A stretch of DNA of 63,126 bases, counting the filler, from Choristocarpus tenellus KU-1152 (Eukaryota; Protista; Phaeophyceae): the NCBI GenBank assembly GCA_964200185.2. It is 12 parts of 12 records of this genome, joined end to end, with 100 filler letters (N's around TTAATTAATTAA, not from the genome) between each part and the next. Parts side by side here need not be neighbours in the genome. Positions count along the whole stretch, not along the records: positions 8,385 to 15,377 come from CAXNAD020006910.1; positions 15,478 to 20,988 come from CAXNAD020010561.1; positions 21,089 to 23,722 come from CAXNAD020026095.1; positions 23,823 to 32,540 come from CAXNAD020004408.1; 8 more parts are not named here. One strand, 5' to 3'. The notes below the pieces were generated by a model that worked only from the letters and a program-made list of their open reading frames with translations, was not told the DNA's origin and did no database searches. The position numbers and the translations under genes were made by a program. Shown here piece after piece: positions 11,626-24,645 of the stretch (position 1 is the first letter of the stretch; the number at the start of each line of letters is the position of its first letter).

Positions 11626-14600
11626 GTTTTGATATTGGTAGTGAGTGCTCGCATTTTGTGTGTTGGCACCACCACTAGTGTGTTGAAACATGTACATATT
11701 TTTGTTGTACCGCTCCCCGGACAAGGAAAACGTATAAAATATTTGTCTAACCACTCAACCGTCTCAGAAACATGTCAAAGATTTGTACATATCACCCCCC
11801 TACCTATGAAAGATGGACAACCAGTTCGCCTGTAAAATGTATTGATTCGAATCCCTCCATAGCAGTGATTTCTTACTGTGACCATAGGTTGTACTATCAC
11901 ACTGTGTTAATTTATCAACATTTCATCAAAGTGTAGGAGGATTTGCCCCACATCACTCTCAGAAGCATGAATGGGTACAAATTATTTGGATCCATGAATG
12001 AAACAGTTAACTCCTAATGCTGCTTTGATTTGTGAGGATGTGCCTCAACGTGCATAACTCAGAGCTATGACCAGAACAAGCCATTGATTTGCTGGGAATT
12101 GAGTTGTACGCGACAATTCAGATTTTATTTGCCTGACCTGTGGAAACATTGTAAGGAGCTGCAGAGAGCTGACCAGAAGAGAGAGATACAGCTAGCACCA
12201 TGTCAGGTTCTGTTGGTGATGGGGTGGGTGGGGAGATCTTTTGCGTACAGTGCTGGACTTTACTTGAGCTTCTCCAATTGACAAATTGTCTGTTTCCTGT
12301 ATACCAATGATTACTTGTCGAGTGTTCCCCCCACCTACATCACTATTCCCCAAAATGTGTCATGGGAATGACAGTCTCACAACTTAAGAAGTGGAGCAGG
12401 CACCAGTAATCGGTGTTTATGAGCCTACTCCTATATCAGATGGTTCTAACGTGACTGATGGGAGGATTATACCCAGTCACTGGCTGCCTGTGCAGCTTCT
12501 TGCCTTTCCATGTATGTGCGCATGAGCATTGACCCTAACCCAGTCATCAACCTTTGGGTATCCTGTGGACCACCTCCAAGGAAGCGGAAGGAGAGACAGT
12601 AGTGTCAGACACAGAAAATGTCAACAACGAAGAAAGTAAAACATCTGGCACGATCAAGACACAGTGTGCATACTTATCTCCAGGGTTAAGGATAGGCAGA
12701 GCCTGACAAAACTCAGGGCTTGAAAAGCTGAACTGAAATGGGAAACAGCAGTGGAAGTAGTGTTTGTGGTGCCAGTTGTGAAGTCTGACATTCAAAAATT
12801 GATGGCACCATCCCTTGGGGAGACTGTTCGTTCTCAGACAGGAGTACAAGAAACTCCAAAAATGGAGGCACGTTCCACTAGGATGAGGGACCCCAAGGAG
12901 GAGATTCAACTGCTGGTTCATGTGGGTCGTAGGGATGATGCTTGGGAGAAGAAGCAAGCACCGTCGAAGAGTCTTAGAAGTCTTCTGTCTGACCAGCCCC
13001 CCACTGCGATTGCAACCACTGGACAGTCTTTGTACTTGTTGGAGAAGCCCTTAACACGCTAGGATTATAGCGGAAGAAAGTGTGGAGGACTCCACAGGCA
13101 GAGGGGGTGACTCTGTATATGTGAGAAACAATTTTTGAGGGGGTTGGACTGACGTTTTGACATTGTAAAACTAATATATTTCTCATATGCACAGTGCATA
13201 CCTTGTAAATCATGTACAGCAAGAAGATCTCGTTGGAGGTATCATACGTTTCCTAGCTGCAACGAACCCACTGCCAGCTACCTCTCTCCCACTTGTTTCA
13301 TCATTTTCCGCGAAACCAGTACCTTCAAGAGTTGATATTGTGCTTAATGTTCCTACTGCATGCGTGGTCTGACTCTCCTCTCCTCTTGGAGCTAGGTCAC
13401 TTATCTGTTCATCACCAACTCCAACACACAAACCCCCGACCAAGCACAGATAGTCCTTTGAGGGTTGCAACAAGGCGTTACCTGTGCCTTGTCCCTGTTC
13501 CTGTCCCTCTCCCTCTCTAACCCCAACTCTAATCAAGTTTGAACTGCAAGTGGATGAAGAAGATGGTACAGCTCTGGAGTCTTGAGCTAAGACACATCAA
13601 AAGGAGGGACCATTGACATAACATGGACAATAAGGCTGTGAGATGAAAGGACTAATTGTTAAGAGTAGAATATTGATGGCACTGAGGCTGAACGTAAGAG
13701 GAGAATAACAGTAGTGGACACTAGAATTCCAAGTGCTCTGACTCAGAGGATGGCTTAGAGGAGCAAGAAGTACTGCAATGGAATTCCAATGCCAATAATA
13801 GCCAATGTAGTTTTCTTCGTGTAGAAAGATAGGGCATGGGTAGAAACAAGAGAGTGTGTAGACTCGGGGACTGAGGTTATGTCCAGAACCTGTGTTTGAC
13901 TTAGGGTTTACAGCAAAACATTAAATGGTGATGCAATATCGAGTATAACTTGGAAGGGTAACTCGAAATTATCACAAGTTGAAGTTGAGAATGTTAAAGG
14001 GTACAAAGAAGAAGTTTGCAACATATAATTTTCTCCCCCCGCCTTTCAAAAATGCTCCAACTATACCTCGTTCTTTTGTCCCTCTCCGCGCTTCTTCGTT
14101 GTCACAACCAGTTGTTGCCATAGTCTCCTCTTCTGCCTGTTTTAGTGATGTGAGTGAGCCCTGAATAGAGCCCCGAACTGGAAGCTTACCCCAAGCTTTG
14201 ATCTCTGCAATAATGGCTCGAGTGCAGTGTTGTACCTGCCAGAGCATCCACGAAAAGATGGCAGAAAATGGGTCATACGAGAATAGCTTTTGTATGCTAT
14301 TATTGCCTACTGTCATACATTACTACTGCCCAGGGTACTAACCATTGAATTTTTCTGCCTTCGCCAAAAATTGTTCTTCTTCAAATCAACAAATATCAAT
14401 AAAAACTATATTTTGGTATTGTATGTGGTATTGTAGTGGTATGACCATAATTAAATAAGAATCCTTGAAGGTACTGGCTATTCAAAAACATTCTTCGTTT
14501 ATAGATATTTCACTTCATGCCATAATTCACTATTATTGAGCCCCCACCAATCTAACCCTTCCGCCCATTCCTTGTACTCCGAAGTAATCTGTTGCTGTTG

Positions 14601-15183
14601 TTGGCAGGGGTGGAAGGTCAACAAAAGCACATGTGATTCGATGAAAATTGCAAATATAAAGTTATACAATAGCAGAGGGAGCGTGGAACTCAAGTTTTAA
14701 TCCCAGAATGCGCGAAAGGTGTGCAACAAATTGTAACTACCCAACCAATTATTATTATACTACTGTGTACCTACGAATGATTTGCATTATTTTACTTTGT
14801 TGTGGGGACTATCCTGACCCTGCCCTACTTCTTGTACTCATGACTGACTGGCAGTTACACTATTGCTAACTGTACTGCCTCTGTTTGTGAAATGTAGTCT
14901 GGCATCAAAGGGTTCAAATCAGCAAAATAAATGCAGGGAACAGTCCAAAACTGTATATCCACGATGATGCTCGAAATAAAGATTCGAGGCAAATCTCGAC
15001 TTTGTAATCTCCACTACCCCAATCAGAAATTTCGCCAACTAGAACATCCAGTCACACAGTTGGTGTCGATAGTGAAAGCGTAGTTCCAATATCAAATTAC
15101 AGATAATTGTTTCTGCTGTGTTGAAGAGTGGTTCCACTATAGGGGAGTGTAATACACTTAAGACATTGTAGTTGGCAGCTTTT

Positions 15184-15345
15184 GGCTCAAAGTATCTAGG
15201 GGGGGGGGGGGGGGGGGTGGCTGTCCATTTGGGGTCAATGTTTTCATGTTGAGATTTTTGGGTGATTTAGTTGCATACGTCGGATGGAAAATGTAATTAT
15301 ACCTTTCCTGATTTTGGTCCAAATGGACACCCTGGTGTAGAACCA
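15184..15345. mobile_element. MITE family A copy, opposite orientation, one end degenerate
   Basis: GGCTCAAAGTATCTA-G tract-TGGCTGTCCATTTGGGGTCA...TTTCCTGATTTTGGTCCAAATGGACACCCTGGTGTAGA is the reverse complement of the 6368 and 8198 copies. Confidence 0.88.
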
Positions 15346-16013
15346 TCGTCACAACCATCCCCCCAACTCAGGAGTCGNNNNNNNNNNNNNNNNNNNNNNN
15401 NNNNNNNNNNNNNNNNNNNNNTTAATTAATTAANNNNNNNNNNNNNNNNNNNNNNNNNNNNNNNNNNNNNNNNNNNNGGAGAATAGAACTCATCACAGTT
15501 TCTGCAAGGGGGGGTGGTTTTGGTCCATCAGGGGGGGGTACTGGGGGGGTGGGTTTAGTAGCCTTAAGTGCCAGGTGTGAGAGGTGCAATGCATTGTCCT
15601 CTTTTTCTGAAGTGGTGATGGGTTAGCATGGCTGACAACCACAACTTAAATGTTGAGAGCAATCTGGTCCTATAGAAGTGGGCTGTTGGCGGCCTTGTTC
15701 CTTGAAGGAGGCTAACACCTCACTCTACTTCACAATGGCAACTGCTACACCTTGCTTTCAAAGGGAAACATTCGTACATCCCAGCATGGATGGGTAAAAT
15801 TGTTCGTGGTAACAAAGCTCTCCCACATAAGCACACGCTTCAATTGTTGACTGCAGAGGAGACGAATAGGTCACTGGTGCCTCTGAGTGTCTTACTGGAA
15901 GACGCACACACCCATCGAATAATGCTTCCTCAGGACACGTGCATTCCACAATTACCCTGCCATGTTGACAGGGTGGTCTTGGGGGTGATGCAATGTGGAA
16001 GAGGAAAGGAGGT

Positions 16014-19000
16014 TCAAATCTTCACATCGTTCTCCTTACACCACTTCTTCATGCACCGAACCATGTACTCCACCTTTCGGAGAGAGGGGTAAAACAAACC
16101 AGAAAAATGGTTAATTTGATTGAAGGGGGACCTTCAGAGGTATACAGTTCTTTGTTGGTTGATTGTGGCGGTTTTGAGAGAGTAATTTATTTCCTTTGGC
16201 AAGCTTGTGGGACAACAAGAGAGATACTATTTCCAGCCATTCTGCAATTGGAGCAAAAGGACAACAGAACGTGCTGTGCTGTAGGGGTACAGGGGGGTAC
16301 TGACAAATATATATTGACCTTGTGTATCACAAGCATATTTTTTGGTGTGGAAGTAGATAAACTGGTGCATGAGAGAGAACGCAGCATTCGTTTCATCTTT
16401 CTCGAATTGGCGCAGAGGTGTATGTCTCATGAGTCATGGCAGCATCATATCAAGTATCAGAAGGTTACCTACTCAATATTACACTTACATACCACTATTA
16501 TTATTATTTTTTTATTACGATTATTATTTTTGTTGTTATAGCTTACTAATCAGATTCAAGGCAATGTACGTAACACGAAAAGTAGATTCTATGCAAATCG
16601 AAGAAAGTGCAATTCACAATATTGTTGATTCTGCTCAACTCTAGATATAATATCTGATGATGAAATTTGACCAAACTTCACACGAATGAATATATGACGA
16701 TAGAATTTTATCCTTGCTTCGAACATGAAGCAATTGGCCAGAAAATGCGTGAATCAACTGTATGTACTCCGAAACATCAAAACCCTCGTCTACCTGTGGA
16801 TTGTTGGTGTTGCGGACCATGGTGAGCACATCTCGAAGGTCATCCTTTTTGGCCTTGCCCGCAATCACCTGTTCCACACCATGGTGTAAGTTTACAGTAA
16901 GAGGGGGTGATTTTGAACTTGCACTGAAGATGGAAAAGGAAGCTTGAGTCCTGGTAGAGATCATATGTTCAAGATTGCAGTCATCGGTGGCAGCAAGGTT
17001 AACAAAGGGGGAAAAGGGAGGAGCCGATCATTTGCGGTACTGAGTCTCAGCATAGGAGTGGTAAATTTGGTGTAACTATTTCGAGGTTCCGAGTCTACCC
17101 TTTGACACTGTATTCATTTGGCAGAGGAAGCAAGAAACTGCATGCAGTGACACAAACTGCTGTGTGCAATGGCCACAGTTACTTCTGGATGGAAATTTTC
17201 CTAGACATGCGGGACAGTGCACCCTTGTTCTCTCAAGCTTGTCCTATGATGATGCTTCAGAGTGCGCCACAATTTATCCATTGTATCGCTTCCACAAGCA
17301 ACAACTGACAACTTCTCTGTGCTACATACATGACTGATCTTGAGCAATAGATGCCTACATGATGTTCAATGTCCTCAATCCTCCCCTTCCAGAGTTGGAA
17401 CCACCGCAAAGACAACTGACATGTTGTGTTCTCCACGTACAGAGGATTCTATGTTGTCCAAGCTTCTACAAAGTTACCAATACAATAAATACTCCAACAA
17501 GTAGGTATGCATCATCACCGCACACTTTAGTGGGGACTAATCTGGTCCGTGGTCAAAGGTACCATAACCGCACAAACTAACTGCACGAGGACAACCTGCA
17601 CTACCTCCTTGTGACCCAAAGCATTTAAGAGGGTAGGAGTTTTGCCCTGTTTGTCCGTTCAGGGCTTGGCTTCCCACGGGTTTTTTATTACCTTTTTGGT
17701 TTTCTGTGTGAACATAGTTGCCTAAAATGTATACGACTACAAAAGGTGTGTCCAGAAGAAGGATCTCGACACTTCCTAATAATCATGGTAGCCGAAATTA
17801 CATCCAAATCGCAACGTTGGATTTATGACCCCAAATGGACACGGCCCCTACCCTCCTAAATGCTTTGAATCTGTGTTCCTTGCTTCCCATGACTTGGGTT
17901 CAGTCCACTCACTTCTTGGCTGCACCCTCTCCCTCAAAGTTTTGGTGCCTACTAGCCTGGTGGCATCACTCGATAATGGACCATTGTCACTTATTTTCTG
18001 CACTTTGCAGGTGTGCAATGCCATACCAGCTTGTGATCCACGGTGCTTGCCACATGGACCACCAAAACCGAGTTTCCATGCAATGGGCATATTTTTTAAC
18101 TGGGGACTGGAACCCATGAACAATTTCACAATAGTGCTCAAGATTAACCACTGTGATAGGAGGATACTGAGTGATGGCAAAGATTGACCACACGGATATT
18201 AACGCATTAACTCATTAAAATAGAGCGCAATAATGTATCTTGACATACACCTGAGTTAAATGTATTTGTAATTTCAACTACTTGCACTTCATACTACAGC
18301 AGTGCATACTCAGAAGGGCTTTGAACTCCTGCTCAGTATTGAGTGCGCTGGTAGAAATGCATACAAAATTAGTGTCACGTGCATTGAACAAGTACAAAAT
18401 ATACTTTAATGCCCTTAGTGCTCCTATAGTACTTCCCTTGTGCCGCAGTGACAGGAATAGGCCCATTCAGGTGACACTGTACCGATTTTTGCAAGGGGTA
18501 CATATCAGTTAGGTGCGTACTGCAAAGAAGGGCTTTTCACTGGACCAGGTAAATATGGTGGGACCGGGCCCAAATTATTATTTTACAGGACCAGGCCATG
18601 GTCATCAGAGAGTATAAGCGTACTGAATCGTGGATCAGACAGCAGGTTGGTCTGGGTGAAATATATGTCGTGACAGGGACGAATGGGGGTCTAGATTGTA
18701 ACCAGACCGAGCAGCAGTCACTCAACACTCATCTGTACTCTTCAAAAAAGTATGTTGTTGCTTAGATTATACTTCATATAGACTTTACGCTCTACTGTTT
18801 GTAGCAGAGCTTTTCGATTTTGAGGTTCCAATCTTCATCACCCTTGGAGTAGCCTTGCAAGGCCACAAAAGTAATGTATGTATTATGAAACAGGACCAAG
18901 TCCAGCGCCATCACAGAGTATTACTGGTCCAGGACCGGACTGTGGACCTACCAGTGACCCTTGTCAAGCCAGTCAGTGTGATTAGTTGCCAGTTCAATGT

Positions 19001-20662
19001 AAAGTCCTGCTACAAAGTACTTGGAGTTCTTTGTACGTAAATTTTTGAGGCGCACATGCTGTGTTTGATACTTCAGTCGCAGTAGTATGGAGGTTGCAGT
19101 GAGCAAGGTGCCTTGTTTTCCATGTTGATCTATACATAAAGCAAATATAGAGAAAAATGTACTTCGCTGGTTGAAGGCTGGAAGGGTCAGGGGTGAGGAT
19201 GCATTGAAAGCATAGGATTGAGTGCCAGGTGCTATCATAGTACTCCCCAGTGTTAAGTCTTCAAGTATGACTGCTATATCTGTGATATATAGGAAATGCC
19301 TACCTGCAGCCAACATTACAAGCCTGACCTTGCAGACCTTACATTTTAAAGAGTTCTCTCTGTGTACACATCTTACATGGGTGCTTCACATGTGGTGGAA
19401 ATTATTTAGTAGTTACTACAAACCTAATAATATGTATCCACAGCACATAGATAGATGCCCAACCCCCTCATGTAGATTGCTTGGAACACCTGTGCAAAAT
19501 CCGCCTACCTGCTGGAAAACCCCCACACACGCCCCTCTCTTGCCTTCCCAGTACTCTGGGTCTGGATCCAACCGCTCCAGGACATCAAAGGCCTTTGCTG
19601 CAAAGAGAAAGTGTCCCATCTGACACAGTTGGCAGTTTCAAGGGGTTGCTATAAAGTGAGAAAATATAGGAATGAAACTGTGGGGGGGTAGTACTCATGA
19701 GAGAAACACTGAATAGGCAAGCTAGAGCATACTCTTGATTGTTCAGTGCCTCGTGCACCTGATTACAGGATCCTCCAGAGTAACAACACAATCTGCATCA
19801 GTAAGTAATATCTGCCAAAAATATTCTTAACATGCATTGAATGGAAGAAATGCAAAGGGAGCCTTTATTTTGGCCCCATCAACAGAGTTGTGGTCCAAGA
19901 GATGTCAATTTGGGGTGGACTCATGACACACCAGGAACATATTTTGACCATTCTCATGGCTAGTAACTTCTCCGAGGACTGGGGGGCTGATGATGCAAAG
20001 CAAGACTTGAACTGAGAAGAAGGGATTGGGAGGATTCTCACCTTGAGAAATGCCAGTACAGCAACATAAGGCATTAATTCCTCTACTGTATGGGTCAAGC
20101 TGATACATAGATTAGTGAAAGTATCTTAGAGGGTACGAGATTTGCCCTGTTGGTCCATTTGGGGCTTGGCTTCCCATGGGTTTTTTTATGGCATATTCCT
20201 ACTCCGAAATGTTTCCAAGTAGGTAAATGTATACGTTGTGAAAAGATGTGTCCGAAACATAGGTATTCACACTTTCTAACAAACACAATAGCTAAAATTA
20301 CATCAAATTGCAACATTGGATTTGACCCCCAAATGGACGTGGCTCTACCCTCTAAGATACTTTGGCTCAAATGGAGGAAATACTGGACAAAGATCATGGA
20401 CACTTTATTTCTTCTCTCTTTACAATTGTGAGATAACCTGTATTGCAACTCAGACGTTTTAGATTATAAAAAGCCGACATACCAGGGATTGATACTGTTG
20501 CAACCTTGACCTTGAACATGTGACCCTGAGATAAGTCACCGCAAACTCACCCTGTAGCAGTCATTGGCAATGAGCTGCAGTAGGTTGAAGGACTCATTAG
20601 AGGTATCCATCTTGAGGTAGAGCTCCCACGCATTCCTAGGTATGCCATTCATGATGTAGCAC
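16014..20662 (-). CDS. IFT56: Intraflagellar transport protein 56 (TTC26/DYF-13), last four exons; 5' part lies off-contig
   Basis: Exons 20662-20551 ([37 protein letters not shown]), 19619-19509 ([37 protein letters not shown]), 16868-16794 ([25 protein letters not shown]) and 16073-16014 ([19 protein letters not shown]). All GT-AG and in phase. The peptide matches the conserved TTC26 C-terminus. Confidence 0.95.
17613..17871. mobile_element. MITE family A2, 259 bp, 3-bp TSD TGT, in an IFT56 intron
   Basis: TIRs GACCCAAAGCATTTAAGAGGGTAGG and CCTACCCTCCTAAATGCTTTGAATC, with TGT on both flanks. Homologous along its length to 20113-20368. Confidence 0.85.
20113..20368. mobile_element. MITE family A2, second copy, in an IFT56 intron
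   Basis: AAAGTATCTTAGAGGGTA ... TACCCTCTAAGATACTTT inverted repeats, plus an inner GTCCATTTGGGG/CCCCAAATGGAC pair shared with family A. Confidence 0.85.
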
Positions 20663-20967
20663 CTTGTCAAGGAAAACAAATAGACAAACAGTCAACAAGT
20701 GCAAGAAAGTTTAGAATGATCCAAGCAAGGGTTGTGGAGTGAACACTCTTTCTGTGAATTACTGGAATGTTTGCATATGAGATGGTAGCAGTGAAGCATC
20801 AGGCTATCTGTGATGTAAATCCATCGATTGGTATACTCCTTTCACTTTAAACTAGGCGAATAGGATAGAAGGCAAAGTGATGTTCTGCTCTTTTGGTAAT
20901 CTAGCAGAGGCAAGAATGCCTCCTTGCTAACCGTTGGAGCCGAAGTAAATAGGGGGTACCCAAGTTT

Positions 20968-20988
20968 GGCTCAAAGTATCTGGGGGGG
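20968..20988. mobile_element. MITE family A TIR at contig end
   Basis: GGCTCAAAGTATCTGGGGGGG followed directly by the spacer. Confidence 0.8.
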
Positions 20989-21481
20989 NNNNNNNNNNNN
21001 NNNNNNNNNNNNNNNNNNNNNNNNNNNNNNNNTTAATTAATTAANNNNNNNNNNNNNNNNNNNNNNNNNNNNNNNNNNNNNNNNNNNNGGGGGTGGTGGG
21101 GACCAGGTTGTGGGTTCAGTTGTAGATGGAAAGATTGAGGTGGCCTCTCTAAGGGAGAGTCCACAACTAGTGCGAGTTGTCTATCTATAAGTGGACTATT
21201 TAAAAAGATCATTTTCTGTAACAAAAAAGAAATACCCATGGCCTTCAAATTTATAATCCTCCCCCCTCCTCCCCACCATCGCCCCAAAGGATGATTTGAG
21301 TCTTCATTATATATTACTCTCTTTTTTGTTGGTTCCGTGTTAAATATCATACCGAGCTACTATGTTTGTATTGGCGAGAAAGTCTTTTTTTTTTGCAGCA
21401 TACTAAGGAGAGTATTTGGGGGTAGGATTTCAGTTGCTGCTTACAGGTTGGGGTTAGGGTTTGGTCACTGCTTAATTAGAG

Positions 21482-21505
21482 TTAGGGTTAGGGTTAGGGT
21501 TAGGG
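21482..21505 (+). repeat. Interstitial (TTAGGG)4. Similar tracts at ~30420-30455, ~34327-34344, ~51421-51453 and 53267-53296
   Basis: Read directly as TTAGGG/CCCTAA units and near variants. Confidence 0.8.
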
Positions 21506-22075
21506 TGACCGATTAGGGGATGGGTTTGAATTTGAAGGGTTGTGTGCCCTTGCCTTGCATGCACAGGTCTGTTTTTTTTTTAGTACATCAGGGGAGAAAG
21601 TCTGCTTCTGTTCTCCACCCTTGTAAGTCAGTGTTTTGAAATTGAAATGACATCCACGTGAAGTGTATTTGTTGTCCAGAGGTTTAATCTCTCGAGGGTT
21701 AGGGTTTCTGTTCTTTGTGTTCGAATTAAAATGAAGGGTACACATTTCATCGAAAAAAGAGAAAAAAAATGCTGCTACGGAGCTGGCTACAGTACAGTGA
21801 GTGGTGGGGCTGATCGGCGCAGCAAGAGTGGGATATCTTTACCTTGTTTTAGTCCAGTATGGGCATACCTCTACGAGTGTGTTTCATGTCCTTTTTTTTA
21901 ATTTTTTTAAAATTTCTTGTCCAGGGTGATGAAGAAGATGTGCCTTTCCCTCCCCTTGTGATGGTTACGAAGACTCTCGAAGAAGTTCAATGTTTAAAAA
22001 AGAAAAAAAAATGCTTGGAAGTATTTTACTTCTTGATTGTCGCTACTTTAATTTTTTTTTTGTCGACAACACCAG

Positions 22076-22888
22076 GTAAACACGAGGACCGGCTATCCTA
22101 GAATGATCCGGAGATTCTGTGCCGGTGAGTGCTTTTTTTCTTTTTCATTTAGTTTTTCTGTTTTTGTGGGTGGATTTGAATGTCTTTCAGGGTCATTCCT
22201 TTTTCGTTTTGTTTTTTCCTCGACCGAGTGCATTTTCTCTTTTTTTTGTTCTAGTTTTCTTCTATTTTCTTGTTTCTTATTTTATGTTTTTTTTGTCCAG
22301 TTTTTTTTTGTTGTAGACCTTTGTTGAAACACTTTTTTTTATTGCTTGTCTGAATATATATATTTATATTTATATATAAATATAAATTCAAAATATTTTG
22401 ATTTATTGCATCACAGTGTATACAGTAACTCTGGTTGGGTGGGTGTATGCGGAATGCTGCCCATTTTTTGTTTTTATCAGTATACTGTAATTCTGAAGCA
22501 AAATGCTGGACCTTTACCACTCACTACCCTATCCTTGTTGGGTGGGAGCTCTGTGATGTTGGGAGGGGATCTGTGACTGAAATAGTTAAATATTATTAAT
22601 ATGTTGAGGGTTTGTTATATCGAAGAAATCCCAACCCTGTACTAAGGACTACTACCTCAATCACCTCAAAGAAGAGTTAGGGCTAGGTCCATCTTATGCT
22701 AGAATTTGTGAAGGCGTTTGTGGATGATTGTGAAATGACTCCCCAGGGTTTCTATATCCCTGGCTGGCTGGGTGGGTCCCGGGTGGGTTACACAGAGTGC
22801 GTTTTGTAGTGAACGTGCATTGCATGTACAGTACACTTTTTTTTTTTCAGACCGTGTGACATCCACTCTTGTAGAAACCCTGAGCTAG
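22076..22888 (+). CDS. Last two small exons of an unknown gene, possibly the end of a WWE domain
   Basis: Exon 22076-22124 has a T-rich acceptor region and a GTGAGT donor. Exon 22851-22888 follows (T)nCAG. They join in phase 1 to give VNTRTGYPRMIRRFCADRVTSTLVETLS*. N..TG..R.IRR is WWE-like. Confidence 0.45.
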
Positions 22889-24236
22889 CGAGTCAGATCT
22901 TGATTTGTTCCATGTGTTTATTCTTCTCAAGAGAACCTTTTGGTTTAAGTTTTTTTTTTTTGGCGCAGTCGACCGGCTCTTTCTCTTTCCCGCGTTGCTT
23001 CTTTTGTTCCTGCTTGTTTCGAGAATTAGGGTTATGGCTGATTTGCTGCGGTTCCGGTTGAATGTTGTGCTCGAGGAGGTGTTTATTTGCTCTAAAGAAA
23101 AAAATGCTGTTGTTGTTGTTGTTGTTGGTATGTGTGGACTGTTGTCAGCTTTTTTTTTTTCTTTATTGGTGTGTGAGTCCTCTGACCCCGACCTATGTAT
23201 TGGTTTGCATTAATTAATCTCGATGTCTTGTGCAAAAGTTGACGGCCTGCTGCATGTTGGAGTCCCTGTTCTATGATCCCTAGGAATGGAGGTGCCTGAA
23301 GACCCTTGCATTTATTCACCGCTTTGTGATGAGTGAGATTGATACAGTGCCATTTTAGCTCCCCCCTCCCTCCCTCCCTCCCTCCCTCCCTGGTGGGTTT
23401 ATAGCTTGTGCAACTTAACTTCAACTTCATTGGCAAGCCGCTGACTATTTTCAGGAAATTTCTTACTTGTATACCCGTCAGTTGACAGAGTGGTGTACAA
23501 GAACATAATGAAATTCTCAGTTAACGATGTTGGTTAAGTGATGTCACATACATATATTGAAAAATTGTTTTTTGAAGAGGATGTTGCATGAACATTTTCT
23601 TGTGTGTTCATTCTGTATCATCTACTAAACAGATAACCCTATGAAAACTGTCCCCCCCCCCCCCCCCCCCCCCCCCCCTCCCCCCCCCCCTCCCCCTCCC
23701 CTCCCTCTCCTCCCCCCCCCCCNNNNNNNNNNNNNNNNNNNNNNNNNNNNNNNNNNNNNNNNNNNNTTAATTAATTAANNNNNNNNNNNNNNNNNNNNNN
23801 NNNNNNNNNNNNNNNNNNNNNNCAAATAACTTGGCATCCCCCCGCACAAAAAAACAAAAAAATAAAAAAAAAAAAAAAAAACACCTTGGTGTCTATTCGT
23901 GTACTCTACAAAAAAAAAATAATAAATGTCGGTAGCTGCAACAAAATCGATGTAGAAAGCTACTTTTTTTCCCCTCTCTTCCACTTAACACTCTACATTG
24001 ACCTTTCAGCATCCTCATTCACCTAGTGTTAGGGCTAGGTGCCACAAGCTAGCTTTACCTTACCGCCCCTGTGATGCTTTTTTTGGACCTCATTGGAACA
24101 CATTCCATCATGTAACAGACAGTCCGGCCAGTTTGAGTCTCCATTCATCTTGAAGAAAGCCACATAAAATCGTACAAAAACCAAGTTCCATTTTTTTTGC
24201 ATGCCACCCTTGTTATTCCGACTACGTATTGAGCAG

Positions 24237-24380
24237 ACGGTGGTGCTGGGCAATGTAATGCCCGAGCTGTTCGAAAGCCACAACATAGACGGGGATCACT
24301 TCAACAAGGATATGGTTGACACCTTGTGTGTTCATCATGAACTTGACTTCTTTTATGGCGAATACCCGATGCTTGACTGA
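24237..24380 (+). CDS. Putative terminal exon of an unknown gene
   Basis: After a CAG acceptor the frame reads TVVLGNVMPELFESHNIDGDHFNKDMVDTLCVHHELDFFYGEYPMLD*. The composition is coding-like and a DGxH motif is present. Confidence 0.4.
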   Translation, partial: TVVLGNVMPELFESHNIDGDHFNKDMVDTLCVHHELDFFYGEYPMLD

Positions 24381-24645
24381 TCTCGCCACCGCCTTCCAGC
24401 TACATCGGCGCTTTTGAACAGCACAATTTTGGAATATTTTTGTCTTCAGTGCTGAACAAAGCTAACATTCAAACGCACACCATTGGTAGCGACAGGCGGG
24501 TAAGAAATTTCTCCAATACACTCACGATATGTGTTGGAAATTTCTCAAGTAAGAAATTTCTTCTCCTGTTGTTGACGCCATTCTTCCACTTGCTTACGCA
24601 TCAGTGCCATTCTAGAAGAGTACCTGCGTATCGAAATGTGTCTGG

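Noticed and set aside
11850-14350. Coding-like stretch with several 80-136 aa ORFs
   Set aside because: No recognisable domain or consistent exon chain was found. It may be decayed TE or pseudogene sequence but cannot be assigned.
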